Positions 48,666 through 61,617 of a stretch of 64,000 bases of DNA are shown one piece after another (position 1 is the stretch's first letter; each line of letters starts with the position of its first letter). The notes under the pieces were generated by a model. That model searched no databases. It was not told where the DNA came from and saw only the letters and a program-made list of their open reading frames with translations. The stretch is from Octopus sinensis (lineage: Eukaryota), in contig NC_043014.1 in the NCBI RefSeq assembly GCF_006345805.1, positions 24,614,001 to 24,678,000 of the forward strand, written 5' to 3'. A program made the translations under genes and the position numbers.

Positions 48666-48742
48666 CTAGCTGATATATATACTAGCTGATATATATACTA
48701 GCTGAAGGTGACCCGCTCTACGCGCGGGTAAGAGTGTGGTTG
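48665..48742 (-). mobile_element. Helitron 3' terminus (hairpin + CTAG), terminal 16-mer triplicated
   Basis: Exact reverse complement of 54786-54829; ACTAGCTGA recurs at 48665, 48681 and 48697. Confidence 0.85.
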
Positions 48743-48764
48743 TTACTTTCTGTTGCTTCCTTTC

Positions 48765-49058
48765 AGCACGTAAAAAGCATCATCCGAACGTGGCCGATTG
48801 CAGCGCCGCCTTGACTGGCTTCTGTGCTGGTGGCACGTAAAAAGCACCAACCGATCGTGGCCGCTGCGAGCCCCCCTGGCACCTGTGCCGGCAGCACGAA
48901 AAAGGCACCCACTACGCTCACAGAATGGTTGGCGTTAGGAAGGGCATCCACCTGTAGAAACACTGCCAGATCAGACTGGAGCCTGGTGCAGCCTCCTGGC
49001 TTCCCAGACCCCGGTCAAACTGTCCAACCCATGCTAGCACGTAAAACGGACGTTAAAC

Positions 49059-49092
<34 letters not shown>
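48765..49092 (+). mobile_element. RTE 3'UTR-only insertion
   Basis: GTTGGCGTTAGGAAGGGCATCCA..GGACGTTAAAC(GAT)n. Confidence 0.85.
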
Positions 49093-49095
<3 letters not shown>

Positions 49096-49916
49096 CTCCC
49101 TCTTTGTTTCTCTCTCCTTTCTCTCTCACTTTCCCACTCTCTTACTCTTCCTTTCTCTCGGACTCTCCCTCGCTTTCTCTTACTCTCTATCTTTATCTAT
49201 CTCTCTCCCATTTATAAACAACAAAAGATCTTGAGTAAGTTGAGAAATAAAATATTTAGAAAGATCAATCATAAATATCAGGCAGTGACAACGGAAAGGT
49301 CTGCTTCAAGGCAGACAGCAAAACACTAACATTTAAAAGGGACAGACGAACTTGCGAGCTGAATAAAAATAATAAAATATTGGAAAGCAAAGTTTGAAGG
49401 GATAGAATGTGAGGATAGTAGAGTCACCATGGCTGGCATTTCTTAACGACGGACAGCAACGTATTGACAGTTTAACGGCTGGCGTAAAATGTTGGACTTG
49501 ATGTAAAAGAAAATCCCTAAACACCAAGTTTTGAATTGATTCTTTCTCACGACAGTAGACTCACCATGGCAAGCATTCAAAACTTCTTCATCATGGACGG
49601 CAACACATTGACGATTAAAAGGCTGACGCAAATTTTTTAGCTTGATGTAACAGAGAATTCCTAAACACTCGCTCATTTAAATTTTAATCCCCTTCCAGCC
49701 CCATTTAGACCCCTTTTCACATTTTGGTTAATATAACCCGATTTCATTCGGGTCTACTGGGGCCACATTTTATAAGATGAGGAATTTTGTCCTAGAGGTC
49801 ATGCGTTTCATTCGAGGAAAAAAAATAGTTGTCATGCAAACTTGCCAGCACTTTTAGCATAGGTCTGCATATTTTCAGCTGAACCGACCGACCACATAAT
49901 GTACACATTATATATA

Positions 49917-50354
49917 TCTCTATATATAAAACTGAAATGCGTTTTTACCGCTTGGATCTCTTTCAATGCCACTACGTCCCTTTCGCTCCAAAATTTACAG
50001 GGACATGTAGAATGAGGTGACGATGCCCGTGGGCTCCCTTATAAATCCCTATCTTAAAAGGTGTGGTTGCTAGGGGCCATCTTCCTCACTCACGCTATTT
50101 CCTCCATTCACCCTCTCACTCCCCTTCATTTCATAAGTCCACTCCCGTTATTTAATGTAAAGTCTTCCTCAAATCACTCTCTCTCTATTTCCTCTCTTCC
50201 AAGAACATTTTCACTCACTCTATCTCTTAGCTTCCCATTTTCACTCACTCTATCTCTTAGCTTCCCATACATTTTACTCATGTATCTATCTGCGTTCATA
50301 GACAGAAACAAATATTACATCGCCATCGCCATCGCATTCTATTGTCTACCTGTC

Positions 50355-50416
<62 letters not shown>

Positions 50417-53400
50417 CATATATCTAATATTATATTTTTATTTTTATGTTTTTGTTTTTGGTTTTTTACTGTTTCATTTGCCTATTAGTGGTTTTATCTC
50501 TAATTTAATTTCTACAGCGTACACAAACACACACACACACACACCTATATGTGGCCCCAGTAGACCCGAATTAAATCAGGTTCTCTTCATCAAAATGTGA
50601 AAAGGGGTCTAGAATTATCATCGCCACAACTTATGTATATGTCTTCCTCACCCACTCACTCTTTTTCCTAATGATAATTATCATCGCCACCACCACCACC
50701 ACCAACACACAATCATGACAATCTTTCTCTTAAAACAAATCATGTTTACATTGCAAAATATTTCATTTTCCCGTCCTCTCTTTCATATATCACCTTTTCT
50801 TTCTCGAGCTCTCTCTTTTTTCGCCGTCTCTATTTATTCTACAACGAGTCTATCAATGACAGCCGCAAAAGTTTCACTTCCACACGTTCATATGCTAGCC
50901 TGGTGTCAGGATAGAATCCACCCTGTGGATATTGACAGAATTATATCTGCTGAGTTGCCCGATCAAAATGCTGATCCTCAGCTGCACAGCAGTGTGACAA
51001 AGCATATGATTCACGGTCCATGTGGTGACTTTAATCCGAGAAGTCCATGCATGAAGAATAAAAGATGTTCGAAGCGGTACCCTACAGACTATTGCGGTCA
51101 AACCTGCACTACGAATGACGGATATCCCATCTACCGAAGGCGTGACCCACGTTTGGGTGGCCGCACAGCTACAATTAGACAACGGCTAAAAACATTCGAT
51201 GTTGATAATGCCTGGATCGTTCCATTCAACCCTTTGCTTTCCAAAACATTTAATGCACACATTAATGTTGAGTACTGCAGTTCGGTGAGATGCATACAAT
51301 ACCTCTGCAAGTACATTAATAAGGGCGATGATATGGCCGTGTTTGTGTTCAGTGATGAAGACCTTAGACATGACGAAATTAAACAATTCGTTTTGGGTAG
51401 GTATGTATCCTCCAATTATGCAGTGTGGCGCATTTTTGGATACGAGATTCATCTAAGCTCACCATCAGTTTTCCACCTGAATGTTCATTTACAGAAGAGA
51501 CAGCTGGTTTACTTCACAGAGAAAAATGCACGTCAAATCATTGAAAATCCAAAAGGGACTACGCTTACAGCATTTTTTAAATTGTGTTCAGTTGATGAGT
51601 TTGCTGCTACTCTCATTTACCCTGAAGTACCGGAATATTACACATACAACAACAATAATTGGAAGCGCAGGTCACATGGAACAGAACTTGACAATTGGCC
51701 CGGTGTTTCTAGGAAGAACGTCATTGGGCGTGTGTATAATATTCATCCTACCAAACAGGAAATCTTCTTTTTGAGAATGCTACTTCATGTAGTTACTGGA
51801 CCGAAGTCTTTTGCTGATCTTCGCACGGTTAATGGTATCATCTGCGCCACTTACAGGGAAGCATGTTTGAGGCGCGGACTTCTTCTCAATGACACAGGAC
51901 ATTAGCAGAGGCCTCAAGTTGTAAACTGCCATGGCAAATGCGTCGATTGTTTTGTAGCATATTAATCCACTGTAATCCCATCAACCCTCTTAACCTTTGG
52001 AAATCGTTCAGACAGAGCCTATCAAAGGACATACAGGCTAATTTAGCGCTACGTGATGGCAACGACGATGTTTATAATGAGGCATTAATCGACATGGACA
52101 GACACATCAGATGCTATGTTATACACGGTTTAAGTGAATTCCATCTGCCAACACCTGTCCATCATGAAGCGCCTTTGGATGTTGAATACATGTCAGAAAA
52201 AAACTACAACATTGCCGAATTGACAGAAACAATTACGCGAGATGAACCAAGACTTTTGCCTGAACAAAGAGAGATTTATAATGAAATTATCGACAGCGTT
52301 AGATTGAACCAAGGAAAGCTTTTCTTTTTGAATGCTCCAGGTGGTACTGGTAAAACTTTCGTTATCAATATGATTCTCGCAAAGCTGCGCGCTGAACGTC
52401 GAATTGCCATTGCATGTGCCTCAAGTGGTATTGCAGCGACACTGCTTCAAGGCGGCCGTACGGCACATAGTGCATTCAAATTGCCCATGGACATTGGAAA
52501 GAAAGATAATCCTATATGTAATATAGATCGTAGTTCCTCAAGAGCGAGACTTCTTCGTGAATGCAGTCTTTTTATTTAGGATGAGGCTACAATGAGTAAT
52601 AAGGCCATGTTTGAGGCTCTTGACAGAACTCTCCAAGATTTGCGTCACAATACAAAAATAATGGGTGGAGCTACGTTTCTCATGGCAGGAGATTTTCGAC
52701 AAACTCTTCCTGTTGTCCGAGCAGGCACTAAAGCCGATGAGGTTAATGCATGTATAAAGCATTCTTATGTGTGGCACAGTGTTATCAGTCGCCATCTTCA
52801 AACAAACATGAGAGTCCACCTACATGGTGATGTGGAGTCTGAGGCTTTCGCAAAACACCTATTAGATCTTGGTGATGGAGTTTTGCCTTTCGTTGATGAT
52901 GAGCATATTCGGTTGCCTTTTGGGAATTTCGTTCCAAATGTAGAAGAACTTATAAGAGCCGTTTTACCTGACGTCGAAACTTCCAGGATCTCGATTGGCT
53001 AAGAGCAATAATACAACAGCTGATGCTACAAATAAACAAGTACTTCATATGATTCCTGGTGAGATAGTTTCTTTCATGTCCATCGATACAAATAAAGATG
53101 AGAATGATGCAGTCAAATATCCACCTGAGCTACTCAACAAGCTAACACCTCCGGGACTTCCACCTCATCATTTGTGTTTGAAAGTTGGTGCTCCAATCAT
53201 GGTGCTCAGAAATATGGAAACGCCTGAAATATGCAATGGAACCCGAATGGTTATAAGGAGGATTCAAAGCCATGTTATAACTGCTGAAATTTTGAGTGGA
53301 CCATTTGTAGGAACAATCAAGATGATACATAAAATGAGTATTTCACCCTCTGATGTTCCCATTCAGTTTAAACGCTTTCAATTTCCGATAAAACTATGCT

Positions 53401-54628
53401 TCGCTATGACAATCAATAAGTCACAGGGACAATCACTGGACATTGTAGGCATTAACCTGTCACAACCGGTTTTCAGTCATGGTCAATTGTACGTAGCCTG
53501 TTCTCGAGTTGGAAATCCACATAAACTCTTCATTCTTGGCAATCATGAGCGCACAAGGAACGTGGTTTATCAGGAGGCTCTGACAAAAGAAAACTGATTG
53601 TAAGTCATGAAATTTTGCTTGATTTTTTATTTTGCAGCTCTTCATTATCTCTTCATTCTTGAAAATAAAGACATTAAAAAGAACATGGTTCATAAAGAAC
53701 ATTGGGTTCAGATGTTTGCAAACATTTGATCCAACTCATTCTCTTTATTCCTCATTTTCCGATTCCTTCTACGTCTCCATTAAACGGTTTTGTCAAGTTA
53801 TTGTTTCTTCGCTAACATAAGACATTCATAAAGTGAATGAGTTGTTAATTACATTTTATACACTATTCCATTGTTTAGGTGGTGTCGAAAGGACTGGCAT
53901 GTGTCACCATATAAACTCTCTCAGTCAAACTCCCAACTCATGAGTTCACGTCGTGATACTCTTTCTACAAAACTGAGCTGGGTGTGAATTCTAATTTCAT
54001 TCACTATTACAGATTTTTTTTTATTTTTGAAACAAACACATTGCCTCTTTCGTTTTAAAACAATAAAACAATACTACCTTAATACATTGGTCCAACAAAC
54101 AAAACATCCAACACTCTCATTCTTTTATGTATCTGTCTTCCTCAACTCACTCTCGCTATTTCCTCTCTTCCCAGCACTTTTTCTCTCAGTCTATTCTTAC
54201 CTTCCCATAACTTACACTTATGTATCTGTCTGCATTCATAGAGAGAATTATCATCGCCACCACAAACACATCACAATAAATATTATGAATCTCGCTATCG
54301 CCATCAGGTTTATACCTTCGTTAATTTACGCCGTTTATTACGTACCACCACGCTGTTAGGTTTACAAAACAATTGAAGTTCAGTTTAATGTTTATAAATA
54401 AATGCATTTAATTCCCCATTATAGTAATATTGTCTGTTGAAATCCGTTTTAAGGCGGTCAATAGTTTAATTAAAGATGTGTCTATACATGTATATATATA
54501 TATACATGTGTATACATATATATATATATATATATATCCATATGTATATATACATGTGTATACATATATATATATATAATATATATATATATACATGTGT
54601 ATATATACATGTGTATATATACATGTGT

Positions 54629-54666
<38 letters not shown>

Positions 54667-54695
54667 TATATATACATGTGTATACATATATATAT

Positions 54696-54752
<57 letters not shown>

Positions 54753-54828
54753 TATATATATAATTTGTATACATTATATATATATACCACACTCTTACCC
54801 GCGCGTAGAGCGGGTCACCTTCAGCTAG
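49917..54828 (+). mobile_element. Helitron with both termini and a disrupted RepHel
   Basis: 5' A|TCTCTATATATAAAACTGAAATGCG; 3' hairpin ACCCGC-GCGTAGA-GCGGGT, then CACCTTCAG-CTAG. Confidence 0.88.
50860..53597 (+). pseudogene. Helitron RepHel (HUH Rep + PIF1 helicase), N-terminally truncated, at least 3 lesions
   Basis: HUH motif LPHVHML, MIHGPCG, YLCKYINKG; Walker A APGGTGKT; FI*DE; GDFRQTLPV; FAMTINKSQGQSL; YVACSRV. Frameshifts at about 51900 and 52995, and TGG>TAG at 52577. Confidence 0.93.
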
Positions 54829-55540
54829 TCTCTATATAAAACTGAAATGCGTTTTATCCGCTTGGATCGCTTTCAATGCCACTACGTCCCGTCGGATTCA
54901 CTCCAAAATTTACAGGGACATGTAAAATGAGGTTACGATGCCCGTGGGCTACCTTAGAAATCCCTATCTTAAAAGGTGTCGTTGCTAGGGCCAAAAACCC
55001 ACTTTGACAAATCCACTCTCGTTCTTTAATGTATCTGTCTTCCTCAACTCACTCTCGCTATTTCCTCTCTTCCCAGCACTTTTTCTCTCAGTCTATTTCT
55101 TACCTTCCCATAACTTACACTTATGTATCTGTCTGCATTCATAGAGAGAATTATCATCGCCACCACAAACACATCACAATAAATATTATGAATCTCGCTA
55201 TCGCCATCAGGTTTATACCTTCGTTAATTTACGCCGTTTATTTACGTACCACCACGCTGTTAGGTTTACAAAACAATTGAAGTTCAGTTTAATGTTTATA
55301 AATAAATGCATTTAATTCCCCATTATAGTAATATTTGTCTGTTGAAATCCGTTTTAAGGCGGTCAATAGTTTAATTAAAGATGTGTCTATACATGTATAT
55401 ATATATATATATCCATATGTATATATACATGTGTATACATATATATATATACATGTGTATATATACATGTGTATACATATATATATATATACATGTGTAA
55501 TGTATACACATGTATATATATATATACATGTATAGACACA
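54829..55540 (+). mobile_element. Internally deleted second Helitron copy fused head-to-tail
   Basis: Begins TCTCTATATAAAACTGAAATGCG immediately after the CTAG of the first copy; 55015-55440 repeats 54110-54520. Confidence 0.85.
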
Positions 55541-55842
55541 TCACAGATGTGGTGTGATTTCTTTTTTAAAAACAATAATGAATAATGCAAGAATATATTT
55601 ATTTATAAAGTTTAAACAGAACATGGAATGAAATGTATTTATTTATAAACTTTAAACTGAACTTCGGTACTTGTCTATTGTCGTGGTCCCGGGTTCGCAC
55701 ACGCGAATTCGCGCGCGCGCCCGCCAGACGTAGGTACTCGATACTCGAGATCCTACGAGGTGACTTGCGCATGCGCAGTGCAGAATTCGCGCATGCGCGT
55801 TAACCCCCCCCCCCCAAAAAAAGGTGTTGGATTTCACTAAAA

Positions 55843-55849
<7 letters not shown>

Positions 55850-55889
<40 letters not shown>

Positions 55890-57309
55890 ACATTTTCAAT
55901 TTTACACAAAAAAATTACATAGTCGCTTTCCTCGCGGATTTACAGATAAATGAATTAATTACTATTTTACAGAATAAAATTAATGAATTAATTATATAAA
56001 TTAAATAATTCTTGAAAATTAATTAATATCAATAATATTTTTTGAACAAAGTAAATAATTTATAAAACTTGGTTAATAATTTTTTTTACACAAACGCGAA
56101 CGTATATAATTTGTGAAACTTTTTTTTTTTTTACAGACGTATATAATTTGGTAAACTTAATGAATTAATTTCTTATCATCATCATCATCGTTTAACGTCC
56201 GTTCTCCATGCCAGCATGGGTTGGACGGTTCGACCGGGGATCTGGGAAGCCAGAAGGCTGCACCAGACTCCAGTCTTATCTGGCAATGTTTCTACAGCTG
56301 GATGCCCTTCCTAACGCCAACCACTCCGAGAGTGTAGTGGGTGCTTTTTACATGCCACCCGCACAGGTGCCAGGCGAGGCTGGCAACGGCCACGTCGGAT
56401 TGGTGCCAGTCGAGGCGGCTCTGGCATCGGCCACGATTCGGATAGTGCTTTTTACGTACCACCAGTCCAGGGGTCCTGGCATTTGCCGGGTGTCACACTT
56501 GCCCCAACATGTCTTCGCAAGCAAAGGGGGTTGGCATGGGTGCCTGTCGTGGGATGAGGTTCGATATCAACTTCGCTTGCCTCAACAGGTCTTTGTGTAT
56601 AAATGTATAAATTTTTCGCACTAAATTCTTTCCGTAGAATTTATCAAAAAACGCGCAAAATTATTCCGTAGAATTTATCAAATTAAAAAACGCAAAATTA
56701 ATATATTTTTTGAAATTGCAAATTATTTAGAATATAAAACAAATGAAGTTAAATTTTAAAAATAAATGTCATATACTTATACTCTGTAAGGTGCTGTGTT
56801 CACACTTCAATTTACTATTTTCTAGAAATGTTGCTTTTCTAATTGAAACAATTTTTCTCAATCTCCATTTAAAAGTCCATCATGCGCAAGTCACCTCGTA
56901 GGATCTCGAGTATCGAGTACCTACGTCTGGCGCGCGCGCGCGCGAATTCGCGTGTGCGAAACCGGGACCACGACAATAGACAAGTACCCTGAACTTCAAT
57001 TGTTTTATTAACCTAACAGCGTGGTGGTACGTAAATAAACGGCGTAAATTAACGAAGGTATAAACCTGATGTAAATACACGAAATTGACGTACTTTCACT
57101 TCTGACAGCTAATAGCATGACAGTGCCTTAATTTAATAAAAGCATCAATTTAAGAAAAAATAATAAAGTAGTAAAAAATGAAAATTTAGCACGAAAAATT
57201 TGCAGGGTTCTAAATAAATGTTAAAATGTAATAGATACGAAAAACCTACGTTATCACCAGAACACGAACGCACGATGATGTGTTCTGTTTGTATTTGCTC
57301 GATCGGCGC

Positions 57310-57362
<53 letters not shown>

Positions 57363-57380
57363 AGTGTGTGTGTGTGTGTG

Positions 57381-57413
<33 letters not shown>

Positions 57414-58835
57414 ACATTTTCAATTTTACACAAAAAAATTACATAGTCGCTTTCCTCGCGGATTTACAGATAAATGAATTAATTACTATTTTACAGAATA
57501 AAATTAATGAATTAATTATATAAATTAAATAATTCTTGAAAATTAATTAATATCAATAATATTTTTTGAACAAAGTAAATAATTTATAAAACTTGGTTAA
57601 TAATTTTTTTTACACAAACGCGAACGTATATAATTTGTGAAACTTTTTTTTTTTTTACAGACGTATATAATTTGGTAAACTTAATGAATTAATTTCTTAT
57701 CATCATCATCATCGTTTAACGTCCGTTCTCCATGCCAGCATGGGTTGGACGGTTCGACCGGGGATCTGGGAAGCCAGAAGGCTGCACCAGACTCCAGTCT
57801 TATCTGGCAATGTTTCTACAGCTGGATGCCCTTCCTAACGCCAACCACTCCGAGAGTGTAGTGGGTGCTTTTTACATGCCACCCGCACAGGTGCCAGGCG
57901 AGGCTGGCAACGGCCACGGTCGGATTGGTGCCAGTCGAGGCGGCTCTGGCATCGGCCACGATTCGGATAGTGCTTTTTACGTACCACCAGTCCAGGGGTC
58001 CTGGCATTTGCCGGGTGTCACACTTGCCCCAACATGTCTTCGCAAGCAAAGGGGGTTGGCATGGGTGCCTGTCGTGGGATGAGGTTCGATATCAACTTCG
58101 CTTGCCTCAACAGGTCTTTGTGTATAAATGTATAAATTTTTCGCACTAAATTCTTTCCGTAGAATTTATCAAAAAACGCGCAAAATTATTCCGTAGAATT
58201 TATCAAATTAAAAAACGCAAAATTAATATATTTTTTGAAATTGCAAATTATTTAGAATATAAAACAAATGAAGTTAAATTTTAAAAATAAATGTCATATA
58301 CTTATACTCTGTAAGGTGCTGTGTTCACACTTCAATTTACTATTTTCTAGAAATGTTGCTTTTCTAATTGAAACAATTTTTCTCAATCTCCATTTAAAAG
58401 TCCATCATGCGCAAGTCACCTCGTAGGATCTCGAGTATCGAGTACCTACGTCTGGCGCGCGCGCGCGCGAATTCGCGTGTGCGAAACCGGGACCACGACA
58501 ATAGACAAGTACCCTGAACTTCAATTGTTTTATTAACCTAACAGCGTGGTGGTACGTAAATAAACGGCGTAAATTAACGAAGGTATAAACCTGATGTAAA
58601 TACACGAAATTGACGTACTTTCACTTCTGACAGCTAATAGCATGACAGTGCCTTAATTTTAATAAAAGCATCAATTTAAGAAAAAATAATAAAGTAGTAA
58701 AAAATGAAAATTTAGCACGAAAAATTTGCAGGGTTCTAAATAAATGTTAAAATGTAATAGATACGAAAAACCTACGTTATCACCAGAACACGAACGCACG
58801 ATGATGTGTTCTGTTTGTATTTGCTCGATCGGCGC

Positions 58836-58905
<70 letters not shown>
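55850..58905. repeat. 1525-bp near-identical tandem duplication
   Basis: The ORF pairs 56880/58405 and 56624/58149 are offset by 1525. The boundaries lie in (GA)n(GT)n tracts. Confidence 0.93.
56175..56595 (-). mobile_element. RTE 3'UTR-only insertion (duplicated at about 57700-58120)
   Basis: Reverse complement of the RTE tail, including (GAT)n. Confidence 0.85.
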
Positions 58906-58915
<10 letters not shown>

Positions 58916-59080
58916 CGCTGTGAGGAAATAGAGTGAGTGAAAATGTGATGGGAAGAGAGGAAAGAAGGCCGTTTCACGAAGTTATAAATAGAAGTGTTAC
59001 GCATTATATATACAAATTATATATATCTTTATATATAACTACTCCCACATTTTGCGGTGCAGTGTAACCAAAAGCGGGTA

Positions 59081-59353
59081 TCTTATAGTCGTGATTCATA
59101 TCAAGCCCGTCTACGATGAGTCTACGATTTTTAAAATAATTTACCATTATTTTTTCCCTTTTAATGCATTTTTCGCTATTATATAAGGGAAGTAACTCTC
59201 TAAAAATGTCTACGATGAGTCAACGATATTTTAAAAAAATTACCATAATTTTTTTTTCATTTTTAATGCATTTTTTTTTTGCTATTTTTTGGCTATAACT
59301 CTCTAAAACTGCTTTCCCTGACAAACAAGAGCAACGCCGGGCGATACTGCTAG
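59081..59353 (+). mobile_element. 273-bp non-autonomous Helitron-like element
   Basis: A|TCTTATAG...GCAACGCCGGGCGATACTG-CTAG|T; no TSD. Confidence 0.75.
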
Positions 59354-59553
59354 TATATGTATAAATTAAATTAGAGATAAAACCACTAATAGGCAAATGA
59401 ACAGTGAAAAACCAAAAACAAAAACATAAAAATAAAAATATAATATAGAAAATATATAAAATTGAAAAATTTAAATTATTTAAATTTAAAATGAAAATTA
59501 TTAAATTATATTTATAATTTGTTTAAAATATATATAACTATCAAAAGCGGGTA

Positions 59554-59827
59554 TCTTATAGTCGTGATTCATATCAAGCCCGTCTACGATGAGTCTACGA
59601 TTTTTAAAATAATTTACCATTATTTTTTCCCTTTTAATGCATTTTTCGCTATTATATAAGGGAAGTAACTCTCTAAAAATGTCTACGATGAGTCAACGAT
59701 ATTTTAAAAAAATTACCATAATTTTTTTTTCATTTTTAATGCATTTTTTTTTTTGCTATTTTTTGGCTATAACTCTCTAAAACTGCTTTCCCTGACAAAC
59801 AAGAGCAACGCCGGGCGATACTGCTAG
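59554..59827 (+). mobile_element. Second copy of the 273-bp element within a 473-bp tandem duplication
   Basis: Same termini, with the flanks also duplicated. Confidence 0.75.
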
Positions 59828-60049
59828 TATATGTATAAATTAAATTAGAGATAAAACCACTAATAGGCAAATGAACAGTGAAAAACCAAAAACAAAAACA
59901 TAAAAATAAAAATATAATATAGAAAATATATAAAATTGAAAAATTTAAATTATTTAAATTTAAAATGAGAATTATTAAATTATATTTATAATTTGTTTAA
60001 AATATATATAACTATCAAAAAGTATTAAAAAGTTTAATATACATAAATA

Positions 60050-60470
60050 CAGATATATACACTTTGTATATATACATTATATATACATATTTATATATCG
60101 AACACACACACACACACATATATATAAATGAACGCAATGAATAACTGATTCATAATATTTGTTCTCATGATTGTGTGTTGGTGGTGGCGTGTGACGATGA
60201 TAATTCTCCCTATGAATGCAGACAGATACATCAAAGAACTCCGTCTGACGAACTTTACATTAAAAAGCGGGAGTGGAATTGTCAAAGTTATAAATGAAGG
60301 GGAGTTGGAGGGGAATAAAGGAAATAGCGTGAGTGAGGAAGATGGCCCCTAGCAACCACACCTTTACATGTCCCTGTAAATTTTGGAGCGAATCAGACGG
60401 GGTGTAGTGGCATTGAAAGCGATCCAAGCGGTAAAAACGCATTTCAGTTTTATATATATATATATATATA
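60050..60470 (-). mobile_element. Non-autonomous copy of the 49917 Helitron family (5' end)
   Basis: Reverse complement of 49920-50170 joined to 54225-54290. Confidence 0.8.
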
Positions 60471-60562
60471 TAATATAGAACACAACGAAGGGAAAACTTC
60501 AACGAAAACTGGGCGAAAACAATATCCATTGTAGCGCCACCCACTCCCTGTTTGCTTATACA

Positions 60563-60651
<89 letters not shown>

Positions 60652-60653
<2 letters not shown>

Positions 60654-61175
60654 GCTATGGTCACTGAGCAGTGTAAAATTAATTGCAGAACTTGAGGCAA
60701 TCTAAGGAAGCTACACGAAGAAGATAGCCTCTATGCAGCATATAAGCTACTGGGAAAGACTCAAGAAATTGAAATTCTATTCCGTGGAGCGTAGGCGGGA
60801 CATTGAGAGTTATATTAACGCTAGAACAGGGTACCACTGCATAGTGCCAAAGATTCCAACTTTGCCATCAAAATATAGGACAAGATATTGCAACAGCCTG
60901 GGCTTTAAAGGACCACAGCTCTTCAATATCCTCCCGAACGACCTGAGAGATCTGCATGGGGTAGATGTAGATGTCTTCAAAACGAAACTAGATCTCTTAC
61001 TGTCAAGAGTCCCAGATGAACCAGCTTCACAGCAGGAAATGCAAATGAGTGCAGCGGCGTCAAACTCCCTTATGCACCAAATGTCAAGTTCCAAAATGAA
61101 TTAGTGAAGTAAAAGTTATGTAGCAACACCAAATGGCGGTGCCCCAGCATGACCACAGTTCATGAGCTGAAATCT
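60652..61175 (+). mobile_element. 3' fragment of the CR1-like LINE family
   Basis: ISYWERLKKL..YCNSLGFKGPQLFNILP..FKTKLD matches the end of the 43177-46140 ORF; same 3' stem-loop. Confidence 0.9.
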
Positions 61176-61224
61176 GTTCAATCCATGCATATATGTATAT
61201 ATACATGTGTGTATGATATATATA

Positions 61225-61267
<43 letters not shown>

Positions 61268-61480
61268 ATATATATTATATATATATATATATATATATGA
61301 TTGGTTGAAATTGCCGAAATGCAAGAAATTAAAGACCAGATATCTTACAAACTACAAAATTTTCTCAAGAAAGCCAAGAGAATAAGATGTTTTATAAACA
61401 CATTCTACCAGTATACGAAGTTTGAAATTTTTTAGTTACAAAATTATTAAAAAAATCTGCCGGTCAAAGCGAAAAGATCC

Positions 61481-61517
<37 letters not shown>

Positions 61518-61537
61518 ATACACACACACACATATAT

Positions 61538-61585
<48 letters not shown>

Positions 61586-61617
61586 TATATACTTTATATA
61601 TATATATATATATATTG

